Notes: generated by a model from the sequence alone, not told the origin. A DNA stretch of 64,000 nucleotides from an uncultured Candidatus Rokubacteria bacterium (GCA_963708025.1 CAVPSB010000010.1:32001-96000), one strand, 5' to 3'. Positions 9,842 to 19,048 are shown, numbered from the stretch's first letter. Translations and numbers: made by a program.

Positions 9842-10324
9842 CTACGCCGGCGGCCGCCGCGCCAGCGCCGCCCGGACGGCGTTCACCACGGCCGTGAGCG
9901 ACTGCGGCTTCGGCAGGCGGCCGACGATGTTGAGCCCGTGGTCAGCCACGGGCTCCTCGTCGAGAAAGCCCGAGATGATCAGCACGGGGATCCGCGCGAG
10001 GGCCGGGCGCTGGCGCACCCGCTGCAGCACCGCGTCACCGCTGAGCTCGGGCATGCGGAGGTCGAGGATCATCAGGTCCGGGAGCAGCATCCGCAGGCGC
10101 TCGAGGGCCTCACCGCCGTCGCGGGCGTACGCCGTCCGGAACCCCGCCCTGCGCAACGCGGTCGTCCACACGTCGCAGATGACCGGATCGTCGTCGGCGA
10201 TCAGGATCCAGGGGGGTGGCAGCTTGACGGGGGCCGGTCTCGCGCTCGCCGGCGTTGGTGGGTCCTCGAACGGGCGGTGGCCGGGCTCGCGATCGGCGGG
10301 GAAGGCGGAGCCGGCGGCCATCAT
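9842..10324 (-). CDS. Single-domain response regulator (receiver)
   Basis: Motifs ILIADDD, ILDLRMPELSG, IISG and KP. Confidence 0.9.
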   Translation of the reverse strand: MMAAGSAFPADREPGHRPFEDPPTPASARPAPVKLPPPWILIADDDPVICDVWTTALRRAGFRTAYARDGGEALERLRMLLPDLMILDLRMPELSGDAVLQRVRQRPALARIPVLIISGFLDEEPVADHGLNIVGRLPKPQSLTAVVNAVRAALARRPPA

Positions 10325-10697
10325 GGTACGTGTGGCTCAGGGTATCGGATTTCAGCGCGGCCGACAAGCTGGGGCTTGCCCCGATGGTATCTGTTTGGGA
10401 TACGGCGGTCGGCTCGCCCTGCTCCCGCGGAGACTCGGAGGCCAATGATGAGAGCGCTCCTGATCGGACCTCGTCTGCATGCCGGCGATCGCCTGGACGG
10501 ACGTCCTCGAGCTGACCAGCGGCGAGGACGGCTCGGGCGTCCGGGTCAGCCTGGATCACGTCACCATCCAGGCGGGCGACCGGCCGCTCATCCTCGAGCG
10601 AGAGAAGGGCCGGGCGGTGTTCTTTGGCGCCGCCCTGCGGGCCCGCTGTGCCGAAGCAGTACGCCGGCGCCGCCCGGCGCCGCGTCCGGAGATCCGG

Positions 10698-11030
10698 TCA
10701 GGGGATGCAGGGCAGGACCAGGATCACGCCGGAGACCAGCCCGCCGACGACCGCGATGACCACCACGTTCGCGGTGAGCAGCTCCCAGGTGGTGCCGACG
10801 AGCGAGGGCGCGGGCTCGACCTCGACCGGCAGCCCATACCACTCCGCGCTGTGCCACTCGGCGCTGAGGTTCGCCAACAAGTCGAGCACCGCCACCACCA
10901 GGGCCGTCAGCACCACGGTGACCGAGAAGGCCAGAATCGAGCCCGAGCTGGTGCCGACGAACCCGGCCCCGAGGCCGGCGGCGATGGCGAAGGCGAAGGG
11001 ACCGAGCGGCTGGCGAAGGAGGGTGATCAA
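10698..11030 (-). CDS. Small membrane protein
   Basis: About three hydrophobic segments. Start codon uncertain. Confidence 0.5.
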   Translation of the reverse strand: MITLLRQPLGPFAFAIAAGLGAGFVGTSSGSILAFSVTVVLTALVVAVLDLLANLSAEWHSAEWYGLPVEVEPAPSLVGTTWELLTANVVVIAVVGGLVSGVILVLPCIP

Positions 11031-11518
11031 GCCCGCGCTCCGGCTGGCGACGATCCGGCTGGGTCGAGGCTGGCCACCATGGTGTTGAAGTATGCACCAG
11101 ATCTGGCCGGATCGTACCCGGCCTGACCCTTGCGGAGCTTCCGGGCCCCCCCGGGGCGCCCATGACCAGGACTGCGATGCATCCAGGCTCCCCCCACGGC
11201 TAACCCAAGGCCGAACGAATCGAATCGGGGCTCGCGCGCCGCCCTGCCTGGCCCCGTGACCCGGGGGCCAGGCAATACTCGGGTTCCCACCCACCTCCCC
11301 GGGCCTTCACTTCCGGGGACGGACATCAGCAGTTATCGGGCCAACGCGCGGGCCACTCCGAAGCGGACGCTCCCCGCAGTGTGCGGGCAACGACACTCCT
11401 GACATCTCCGCGTAGCCCGGCCGGACAGACCGGATCGACGTAAGGGCCGGAACGCTGGCCGCCGGCGGCAAAATTGCTGGTACGTGGTTTGCTTAGGACC
11501 ACTGGCGAGGTGTCGCCC

Positions 11519-12022
11519 ATGCCGTTGCCGGCGATTCGTCCATTGGTCTCCGGTCCGGGCCTTCTGATCGTGGACGGCGACCCGGCGACCCGCCACGCGC
11601 TCCGCGAGTTCTTGGCCGGCGCCGGATTCGCCAGCGAGGAGGCGGCCGACGTGGACGCCGCGCTGGCGCGGGCTGGTGGGACGCGGCCGGCCGCCATCGT
11701 GCTCCACGATCACCTGGCCGGGGCCCAGGGGCTGGAGATCCTGGAGGTCCTGCGCGCCCAGCAGCCGGACGTGCCGGTCGTCTTCATCGCCCACGACGGA
11801 GGGCCCGAGGTGCGGGCCGCCGCGGCGCGCTGCTCGGTGAGCGCCTACCTCGACAAGCCGTTCCACCTGTCCGACCTGCTGGCCAGCATCGACCGGGCGG
11901 TGCATGGCCCCAAGAGTCCGTCCCGAGGCGAGCGGGGCTCCCACCGTGCCGCGTCGAGCCGGGGACGCTCCGGGTCGGGGCGCGCCGGGAGGAAGGGGCT
12001 CCCGCGTGAGCGGTTCGCCTGA
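11519..12022 (+). CDS. Receiver-domain protein with atypical phosphoacceptor site
   Basis: LLIVDGD...IVLHDHLAG..GLEIL..VPVVFI..YLDKPF. His sits where the canonical Asp is expected. Confidence 0.8.
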   Translation: MPLPAIRPLVSGPGLLIVDGDPATRHALREFLAGAGFASEEAADVDAALARAGGTRPAAIVLHDHLAGAQGLEILEVLRAQQPDVPVVFIAHDGGPEVRAAAARCSVSAYLDKPFHLSDLLASIDRAVHGPKSPSRGERGSHRAASSRGRSGSGRAGRKGLPRERFA

Positions 12023-12101
12023 CCCCCCTTCGGGGCGCGGCACCCTCGGCCGACGACGCCACGCCTGAGATGGGCCGCGTGGGCCGGGCCGGGTTCGTCT
12101 G

Positions 12102-13700
12102 TTGACGGAGTTCGTCGCCTCCGGGCGGGGGGGCGCCCCCGGCCCGCGTGTCCCGGCGGCCACGCTGCTGATCGCCGGGGCTCCCGATCCGATCTTCGTC
12201 ACGGATGCGGAAGGCCGGATCCTGCTGATCAACCCGACGGCCACCGCGCTCCTCGGGATCCGCGCGGGCGAGCGGCTCGACCCGGTCGGGGAGCGCTTCG
12301 TCTCGGCGGACGATGGCCGGGAGTTCGTCGCCGGGGTGCGCTCCGTCCTCGAGCGGGGTGCGCCGTACCGGGCGAGCTTCCGCGTCCGCGGGGCCTCGGG
12401 CGAGCCGGTCCTCACCATGGTGAGCGCCGCCCCCCTTTGCGACGGTGACCGCCGGATCATCGGGGTGATCGGCGTCCTGCGCGACATGCGGGAGATTCAG
12501 GCGGAGCGGGCCAACCTCGAGCAGCGCGCCATGACGCTGGAGCAGATCGTCGACGAGCGGACCCGCGACCTGCGCCTGGCCAGCCAGGCCAAGGACGAGT
12601 TCCTGGCCGTCCTTTCCCACGAGCTGCGCACGCCGCTCACGCCCATCCTCACCTGGGCGCAGATCCTCAAGCGGGAGCCGGATCCCGCGCGGAGTCGGCA
12701 GGCGGCCGAGGTGATCGAGCGCAACGTGCGCCTCCAGATCGCCCTGGTGGACGATCTGCTCGACCTCACCCGCCTCACCCAGGGGACCTTGAGAGTGGAC
12801 CGCCGGCGCCACGATCTCCGGATCATCGTGGGGACGGCGCTCGGGAATCTCACCGAGGTGGCCGGAGAGAAGACGATCGTGGTGGAGTGGCAGCCGCCGG
12901 TGGAGCCGGTGCCGGTCGAGGCCGACGCGGGCCGCCTTGGCCAGGCCTTCAAGCACATTTTCTCGAACGCCATCAAGTTCAGTGCGGAGGGCGGCCGGAT
13001 CCAGGTCGCGCTCGGGCGGGATGCGGAGACGGCCGTGGTGCGGATTCGGGACCACGGCGCCGGGATCCATCCCGAGTTCCTGCCGTTCATCTTCCAGATG
13101 TTCCGGCAGCAGGAGCAAGGGGCCCGGCGGCAGTACGGCGGGCTGGGGGTGGGCCTGGCCCTCGCCAAGCAACTCGTCGACCTTCACGGCGGCGGCATCG
13201 AGGTGACGAGCGACGGGGTGGGGCGAGGGACCGAGGTGACGGTTCGATTGCCGATCTGGAGCGAGGGCGGTCACGACCGGGAGCGAGTGCCGGCCACCGC
13301 CCGACTCGATGGCATCCGGATCCTCCTGGTGGAGGACAATGCGGATACGGGGGATGCCACCCGGGTCCTGCTGGAGGGCCTCGGCGCCCGCGTCACCCTG
13401 GCGAAGAACGGCCTGGACGCACTCGAACGGGTCGACGCCGAGGAGCCGGACGTCATCTTGTGCGACCTGCGGATGCCGCGACTCGACGGCTTCGAGTTCC
13501 TGCGCCGGCTCCGCACCGACCCCCGCCGGCTGCCGATTCCCGTGATCGCCGTCTCGGGGTTCGCGCGGTCCGTGGACTACCAGCGGACCCGGGAGGCCGG
13601 CTTCGACGGCCACGTGTCGAAGCCGTTCGATCTCGCGACCCTCCTCACCTCGCTGCGCTATGCGCTCGGCCAGGAGCGCCGGGGGAAGCCCGCAGCCTAG
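12102..13700 (+). CDS. PAS-domain hybrid sensor histidine kinase/response regulator
   Basis: PAS domain, H-box SHELRTPL, N-box NAIKF, G-boxes DHGAGI and GLGVGL, C-terminal receiver LVEDN...CDLRMP...KP. Confidence 0.95.
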   Translation: MTEFVASGRGGAPGPRVPAATLLIAGAPDPIFVTDAEGRILLINPTATALLGIRAGERLDPVGERFVSADDGREFVAGVRSVLERGAPYRASFRVRGASGEPVLTMVSAAPLCDGDRRIIGVIGVLRDMREIQAERANLEQRAMTLEQIVDERTRDLRLASQAKDEFLAVLSHELRTPLTPILTWAQILKREPDPARSRQAAEVIERNVRLQIALVDDLLDLTRLTQGTLRVDRRRHDLRIIVGTALGNLTEVAGEKTIVVEWQPPVEPVPVEADAGRLGQAFKHIFSNAIKFSAEGGRIQVALGRDAETAVVRIRDHGAGIHPEFLPFIFQMFRQQEQGARRQYGGLGVGLALAKQLVDLHGGGIEVTSDGVGRGTEVTVRLPIWSEGGHDRERVPATARLDGIRILLVEDNADTGDATRVLLEGLGARVTLAKNGLDALERVDAEEPDVILCDLRMPRLDGFEFLRRLRTDPRRLPIPVIAVSGFARSVDYQRTREAGFDGHVSKPFDLATLLTSLRYALGQERRGKPAA

Positions 13701-13829
13701 GACTATATCGGGAATATCGCGGGGTCCGCCGCCGGCCGTCCTCGGCAGAGGACCAGCGTCCGAGCGCCGGCTTTGCCGGCGCAATCCCGAGGGGGTATCG
13801 GGGGGGGCTTCCGAGACCCCCCGAAGAAA

Positions 13830-14273
13830 CTAGCGCTCCAGGGGATAGCCGCGGCTGGCCCAGCCGGGGAAGCCGTCCTCCAGGCCCTGGATCTCCTCCA
13901 TGCCGAGGCCGGCCAGGTAGCGATAGGCCGCTTCCAGCTCGTCCTTGGGGCAGGCGCAGTAGAGGATGATGCGGCCGGGGGGCAGATACCCCGCGCGCCG
14001 GCGGAGCTCGCGGATCGGGATCGAGCGGGCACCCGGCAAGCGCCCCTGGCGGAAGTCGTCGGCGGGGCGGAGATCGATCAGCATTGGCCGGGCGCCGCGG
14101 TCGAGGAGCGCCTTGAGATCCGGCGCCGAGATGACCGGCATGGGCCCCGCCGGGGACCCGTGGCCGGCCGCCGCCGGCCCGGCCAGGGCGGCCACCAGGG
14201 AAGCCAGCATCCAGCAGATCCGAAGCCGGCCGGCGCGGGGCCGCGGGCAACGCTCGGAGATCGAAGCGGCCAT
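13830..14273 (-). CDS. Exported rhodanese-like protein (CAC motif)
   Basis: IDLRP..FRQGRLPGARSIP...ILYCACP...LEDGFPGW, with a hydrophobic leader. Start uncertain (14273 or 14210). Confidence 0.85.
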   Translation of the reverse strand: MAASISERCPRPRAGRLRICWMLASLVAALAGPAAAGHGSPAGPMPVISAPDLKALLDRGARPMLIDLRPADDFRQGRLPGARSIPIRELRRRAGYLPPGRIILYCACPKDELEAAYRYLAGLGMEEIQGLEDGFPGWASRGYPLER

Positions 14274-14374
14274 CTCCTCGAAGGATAGCAGGAGCCGCGC
14301 GGAGGTGTCAGCCAGTCGGCTTCTCGCGACCGGCTGGCTCTGGCCACGCGGCCGGCCCCCCACCCCGGAGATCT

Positions 14375-14520
14375 TCAGCGCGGGTCGAAGCGGAGCAGGC
14401 GGCTGCTGTTCACGATCACGACGACGGTGCCGACGTTGCCCCACCGGAGCACGGCGCCGGTGAGCGCCAGCACGCCGGCCGCGCTGCCGGGGAAGACGGT
14501 CCGCCACGCCCGGGCGGGGC
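14375..14520 (-). pseudogene. C-terminal remnant of a heavy-metal P1B-type ATPase
   Basis: Reads ..GVLALTGAVLRWGNVGTVVVIVNSSRLLRFDPR*, resembling the last TM helix of P1B ATPases. The rest of the gene is absent. Confidence 0.5.
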
Positions 14521-14526
14521 CGGTCG

Positions 14527-15363
14527 TCACGACGTCGCTCCCGCGCGGCGGAGCCGGCGGGCCGCGCCTCCCCAGGCCAGCACGGTCACGCCGAACGCGC
14601 AGGCGACCGTGGCGCCGGTCGGGAGGTCGAGGGCGGCCGAGGCCACGATGCCGATGAGGCTGACCAGCGTGCCGAAGGCCCAGCCGACCCAGAGGCGGGT
14701 GCCGATCGGTCCTCCGAACGCGATCCCGGCCAGGGCCGGGACGATGAGGTACGAGAAGACGAGGAGCACGCCGGCGATGCGGACGGAACTGGTCACGACG
14801 AGGCCGAACGAGGCGTAGAAGAGGAAGTCCCAGAGGCGGACGCGCCAGCCATCACGATAGGCAGTGTCCGGATCGGTCGAGATGAGGAAGAACGGCTTCC
14901 GGCAGAGCCAGTGGAAGAGTCCGACGACCGCGTAGAGCGTCGCGACCCGCCCCACCTCGGGACCGCTGACCGCCAGCAGGCTGCCGACCAGCATCCCGCG
15001 GAGATGCTCGGCGCCATGCGGCGTCCGGTCGGCGACGAGAACGGCGGCTGCCGCCGACACCGCATAGACCACGCCGATCATCGCTTCCTGGGACACGCGA
15101 CGCTCCCGGCTGCGCGTCAGGGCGAGGACCAGCGCTCCGAGCACCGTGGCACCGAGGCCGAAGAGGTAGGACACGCCGGACTCCAGCTCGAAGCCGGCCA
15201 GGAGGGCGGCAGCCCCGCCGAGGGCGGCGATCTGAGCCAGCGCGATGTCCACGAACACGACCTCCCGGGCGATGACGTGGATGCCCAGGTAGGCGTGGAT
15301 CCCGGTGAGCACCAGGCACATGAGGAACGGCGCCCACAGGAGGGCGGTCAGCTCGCCGACCAT
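14527..15363 (-). CDS. Metal ABC transporter permease (ZnuB/MntB, ABC-3 family)
   Basis: Motifs GIHVIAREVVFVDIALAQIAALG, EAMIG, GVLLVFSYLIVPA and DLPTGA. Multiple TM segments. Confidence 0.9.
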   Translation of the reverse strand: MVGELTALLWAPFLMCLVLTGIHAYLGIHVIAREVVFVDIALAQIAALGGAAALLAGFELESGVSYLFGLGATVLGALVLALTRSRERRVSQEAMIGVVYAVSAAAAVLVADRTPHGAEHLRGMLVGSLLAVSGPEVGRVATLYAVVGLFHWLCRKPFFLISTDPDTAYRDGWRVRLWDFLFYASFGLVVTSSVRIAGVLLVFSYLIVPALAGIAFGGPIGTRLWVGWAFGTLVSLIGIVASAALDLPTGATVACAFGVTVLAWGGAARRLRRAGATS

Positions 15364-15565
15364 GCCGCCAGCTACCGCCAAGCCGGGGCCAGCGTCGTCA
15401 CGCTGGAGCCGATCCACGCCCGGTCGGTGTCGGTGCCCCTCGGGGCGCCGGGGCGGTCGTGCCGGGGCGAGAGGAATCCACGCATGCAGAGCCCTCCGCA
15501 AGGGGCGGGTGAGGGGCCGTCCGGAACCGGCGGTCCCGGGCGGTGGACGTCAGCGGATCAGGGGT

Positions 15566-15856
15566 TCAGGCGGTGGGAGGGGCGCGGGAGCCGGACGGGA
15601 GCGCCGGACGGGTGGCCCGGGCAGGATTGCCGGGGGCCAGCGAGATCGGCCGCGCGTGGAGCGATACGCCTGCGTCCGGGGCGTCGATGATGATCGCCCC
15701 TGCGGGGGCCATCACCATGCGCTCGAGCGAGCACTGCTCGTTGTAGATACCGGCCGCCGCGCCCCCGTGCTCGTGGACGACGGGAAGCTCGGCCCCGACC
15801 CGCACCAGGGCCAGGACGACGACCAGCCACGGAACTACGCGAGAAGTGGATCGCAT
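15566..15856 (-). CDS. Putative metal-sensing ribosome-arrest leader peptide (DUF2946/CruR-like; HEH...C...RAPP)
   Basis: Signal-like N-terminus, HEH, a single Cys, a 48-aa Ala/Pro linker and terminal SRAPPTA. Lies upstream of the metal ABC permease. Confidence 0.7.
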   Translation of the reverse strand: MRSTSRVVPWLVVVLALVRVGAELPVVHEHGGAAAGIYNEQCSLERMVMAPAGAIIIDAPDAGVSLHARPISLAPGNPARATRPALPSGSRAPPTA

Positions 15857-15910
15857 GCGAAACGATTTGAAATCTACGCGCCTGCCGGGGTCGAAGTCAA
15901 ACAGTTTCGC
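15857..15910 (-). promoter_or_regulatory. Sigma70-like promoter flanked by a 14-bp inverted repeat (candidate metalloregulator operator)
   Basis: TTGACT-N18-TAGATT on the minus strand. Arms GCGAAACGATTTGA (15857-15870) and TCAAACAGTTTCGC (15897-15910) match at 12/14 positions. Confidence 0.6.
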
Positions 15911-15911
15911 G

Positions 15912-16403
15912 TTACACGAGATCCTTGCCGGTCGTCGCCATGGTGAGCCGGCCGTGCTTCACCCCGCGCGTCGCGATGAGGCGATCGGCGAGGTCGTGGA
16001 TCGTCTGGGCCCGGCCCCGGACGACCAGCACTTCCAGGCAGTGGTCATGGTCCAGGTGCACGTGGAGCGACGAGACGATCTCACTGTAGTGGTCGTGCTG
16101 GGCGGCCGTGAGCCGGCCGGGCAGAAGCCGGGCGTGGTGATCGTAGACGAGCGTGATCGTGGCGACCGTCTCGGCGTTCCCGGCCTTCCATTCGGCCTCC
16201 ACGAGCCCCTGACGCACGAGGTCGCGAATCGCCTCCGAGCGGTTCGGGTAGGCCCGGCGTGTCACCCACGCGTCCAGGCGGCCGAGGAGTCGCCGGTCCA
16301 TCGCGACGCCGAACCGACGGAGCCCGGCCCCCCCATCGTCGCGCGGCGGCGAGCGCCTCCTGGCGGGTCCGGGCCCGGCGTCGGGCGAGCGCCGGCTCTT
16401 CAC
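15912..16403 (-). CDS. nikR: Nickel-responsive regulator NikR
   Basis: RHH domain RFGVAMD..NRSEAIRDL. Metal-binding domain YDHH...HVHLDHDHCLE. Confidence 0.93.
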   Translation of the reverse strand: MKSRRSPDAGPGPARRRSPPRDDGGAGLRRFGVAMDRRLLGRLDAWVTRRAYPNRSEAIRDLVRQGLVEAEWKAGNAETVATITLVYDHHARLLPGRLTAAQHDHYSEIVSSLHVHLDHDHCLEVLVVRGRAQTIHDLADRLIATRGVKHGRLTMATTGKDLV

Positions 16404-16434
16404 CGCGCGCGCCTTCTATCCCGGCTCCCGGGGG

Positions 16435-16899
16435 TCATGGCCGGGCGGCCTCACGGCCCAGGAAGGCGGCGTAGTCGCGCTCGTGGTTCGGCACGTAGCC
16501 CGACACCGCCCCCTCCGTGGGATGGCCCTGCTCGATCCAGCCGGGGATTCCCTCGTCCAGGATCCGGAGGTTCCGGTACCCCTTCGCGTAGAGCGCCTCG
16601 TAGGCCAGACTGGCCAACCGGTGGGGGCACGCTCAGTAGAGGACGACCGGGACGTTGCGCGGCAGGATCACGTCGCGCTCCCTGATCGTGGAGAGCGGGA
16701 ACGACTCCGCCCCCTTGATGTGCCGCGCCCGGTACTCCTCGCGCGTTCGCACGTCGACGAGCACGACCGGCGCTCCCCGGGCCTGGAGGCGGATCACCTC
16801 GGCTACCTTGATGAAGGTGCGGGTGTCCGACTGGCCCTGCGCCGTTCCGGCCGCGAGCCCCAGCGTGGCGACCAGGAGCGGGATCAGCCTCGTGCGCAT
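16435..16899 (-). CDS. Exported rhodanese-like probable selenoprotein (in-frame UGA at codon 89, U-A-C)
   Basis: Two track ORFs are in one frame across the TGA at 16633-16635: VVLY-U-ACPHRLA. This aligns with IILY-C-ACP of the paralogue. GAGGAGG RBS; SECIS-like hairpin follows the UGA. Confidence 0.8.
16591..16635 (-). promoter_or_regulatory. Candidate bacterial SECIS element
   Basis: UGA GCGUGCCCCCACCGGUU GGCCA-GUC-UGGCC UACGAGGCGCUC. The apical loop starts with G, 22 nt after the UGA. Confidence 0.65.
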
Positions 16900-17027
16900 C
16901 GAGTTCCTCCTCGTTTCAGTTGGTAACCTCCCGCCCCCCCCCAGCCCCCCTCCCCCACCCGTTGGACGGCCTTCGGCCTGTGGCGGGGGGAGGGGGGAGC
17001 CGGAGGACCCCATTCCTTCACACGCTC

Positions 17028-17984
17028 TCAGTGGCGGTGGCTGGTGGGCGCACCGCCCCACTCGAAGGACGCCTGCCGGGACCGGGCGAATCGCCCCGCC
17101 ACCGCCGGCATGAGGCGCATCGTGGGCGTCCCGATGGTGACCGTGACCCGCTCCGTGCCGTCGGGCAGGGTCACGTCCGCCCCGTAGTGAAAGCCCTGGT
17201 GGCCCAGCATCGGGACGAGCCGCGTCCGCTTCGGGGCCTGCTTCCCGGCGTGGATGGTGGCGGCGACCGGCAGGTAGGGGATGGGCTCGCCCGACTGGAC
17301 ATCGGCGATGAACACCATGAGGTGTCCTGGCCGCCGGGCCCCGGCGCTCTGGCCGGCGGCCCTGGGTGCGTTCGGGTGGCCGGTCGCGTCGTCGTACTCC
17401 ACCCGCACCCGGACGTCGCCGAGGACCTGCTCGCGAACCGGCGGCCCCGCGTGGTCGTGCCCCTGGCCGTCTCCCGCGCCGAGGCTCTTGAGGAACGCCA
17501 CCAGGTCGATCAGCTCGCTGACCGTCAGGCTCTCCCGGTAGTCGGGCATGATCGAGAGCCCGTCGGGCCCGGCATACCCGGGGCCTTCGAGGATGACGGC
17601 GTTGGGGTTGAGGATCGACTCCGCGAAGTATTCGGCGGGGTGATGGCCGCCCATCGCGGTCAGCTCGGGGCCCACCTCGTCCGACGGCGTCGGCGCCTCC
17701 GGGAAGCCCGCCCCCTTGACGGGGTGGCACTTGTAGCACTCGAGGTTCGCGAACACGTCACGCCCCGCCTTCGCGTCGCCCGGGGGGAACGCGAAGCGCC
17801 AGCCCGGCGGCACTCCGCCGTGGCGGTGCAGCACATCCATCCCGATCCGGGCGGGAGCCGTGGGGTGCTCGTGAGGCGGGATCCCCGGCGGGTGAGCGTG
17901 GCCCTCCGGCTGCGCGGCGGACCACCGCAGGGTGGCCACCACTACCAGCGCCAGTCCCGTGGCGGTGAGGTGCCGTGCCGTCAT
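17028..17984 (-). CDS. Exported cytochrome c fused to a P19/Tp34-like metal-binding domain
   Basis: CYKCH heme motif, ESILNPNA and MPDY. The C-terminal HL.VFIAD...IPYLPV...LVPM...FHYGADV resembles P19/FetP. His-rich linkers. Confidence 0.75.
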   Translation of the reverse strand: MTARHLTATGLALVVVATLRWSAAQPEGHAHPPGIPPHEHPTAPARIGMDVLHRHGGVPPGWRFAFPPGDAKAGRDVFANLECYKCHPVKGAGFPEAPTPSDEVGPELTAMGGHHPAEYFAESILNPNAVILEGPGYAGPDGLSIMPDYRESLTVSELIDLVAFLKSLGAGDGQGHDHAGPPVREQVLGDVRVRVEYDDATGHPNAPRAAGQSAGARRPGHLMVFIADVQSGEPIPYLPVAATIHAGKQAPKRTRLVPMLGHQGFHYGADVTLPDGTERVTVTIGTPTMRLMPAVAGRFARSRQASFEWGGAPTSHRH

Positions 17985-18625
17985 GACGCCGTCCTCCCTG
18001 CCCGATCGGTCGTGAGTCGCGCGTTCCGCGATCGGGTGCGCCACAACAGCCACGCGGCCGCCGAGCCCAGGAGCGCCGCGCCGGCCCCCACCATCGCCGC
18101 GCCCACGCCCCAGGACGCCGCCGCCTCCACCTCCAGCGGGAAGTCGGCGCTCCCGGAGCCCTCCGGGCCCGAGACGTGGACGGTCACCGTCCAGCGCCCC
18201 GGACTCGGCAGCCTGAGATCGGCCACGTGGCTGATCCCGCCGGGATCCCGGCCCCGATCCGCCGTGACCGAGACCGGGGCGTCCGCGGCGCCGGCTCGCC
18301 CGGCGCTGACGCGCACGACCGCGTCGGGGACCGGGCGAAAGTTGCCCGGCCGCATCACGGTGACCGTGAGCTGACACGCGTCGGTCCGCGGCCGCTTGGG
18401 CTGGGTCCACGCCATGAGGACGTAGGGCCCGGCCCGGTCGTTGAGCTGGAGGACCCCGCTGTGGTCTGCCGAGGCCGGGCCGGAAGCGCCCACCAGGGCC
18501 CCGGCTGCCAGCGCGACCAGCAGGACGCCGCGTGCCAGCGCCGGGAAAGAAGTGCGGGCGCCTCCCCTTCCCATCGCGCGGCCTCCGCGGGTCGGGGGGG
18601 CTCGCGCCAGCGGGCCCGCCTTCAT
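17981..18625 (-). CDS. Exported YtkA/FixH-like Ig-fold protein with C-terminal TM anchor
   Basis: Signal peptide, GPYVL.AW..P, LPSPGRWTVTVHVSGPEG, C-terminal hydrophobic helix. Confidence 0.6.
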   Translation of the reverse strand: MKAGPLARAPPTRGGRAMGRGGARTSFPALARGVLLVALAAGALVGASGPASADHSGVLQLNDRAGPYVLMAWTQPKRPRTDACQLTVTVMRPGNFRPVPDAVVRVSAGRAGAADAPVSVTADRGRDPGGISHVADLRLPSPGRWTVTVHVSGPEGSGSADFPLEVEAAASWGVGAAMVGAGAALLGSAAAWLLWRTRSRNARLTTDRAGRTAS

Positions 18626-19014
18626 GACGCCGGTCGGAGCCGGAAGCCGAAGTCGCTCTCGACGACGTGGCCGTCAACGGAGAGGACGCGGAACTTGACC
18701 GTGTAAGCGCCGGGCGCCAGCGGCCGCAAGCCGACGGAGAGCCGCTTGGGATCGTCCGGCCCCACCGCGGCGTTCCCGGCGTCAACCCGCGCGCCGCCGG
18801 CGTCCCACACCGAGATGGTGGCGAACTGCGGCTCCAGCCGCTCGCTGAACCAGAGCTGGACCCGGTCGGGGGCCTTGACGAGCACCGCCCGCCGGGCGGG
18901 GATCGACTTGACGAGCATCGCGTGGGTCCAGCCCGAGACCGGAACGAGCGCCAGCGCCAGCCAGACCAGGAACCTCACCGCGACGACGAGGCGGGCAGGG
19001 AACATCCTGCTCAT
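18622..19014 (-). CDS. copC: CopC-family copper-binding protein
   Basis: Mature N-terminus HAMLVKSIP, then L.FSE.LE and VLSVDGH. Confidence 0.9.
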   Translation of the reverse strand: MSRMFPARLVVAVRFLVWLALALVPVSGWTHAMLVKSIPARRAVLVKAPDRVQLWFSERLEPQFATISVWDAGGARVDAGNAAVGPDDPKRLSVGLRPLAPGAYTVKFRVLSVDGHVVESDFGFRLRPAS

Positions 19015-19048
19015 CGTACGCCCATCAGCGGCCCCCGGGGGGGCCGGG

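Noticed and set aside
10445-10700. Small secreted protein (MMRALLIG...AWTDVLELTSGE)
   Set aside because: Has an RBS but needs at least one frameshift and no clear stop, so its boundaries cannot be supported.
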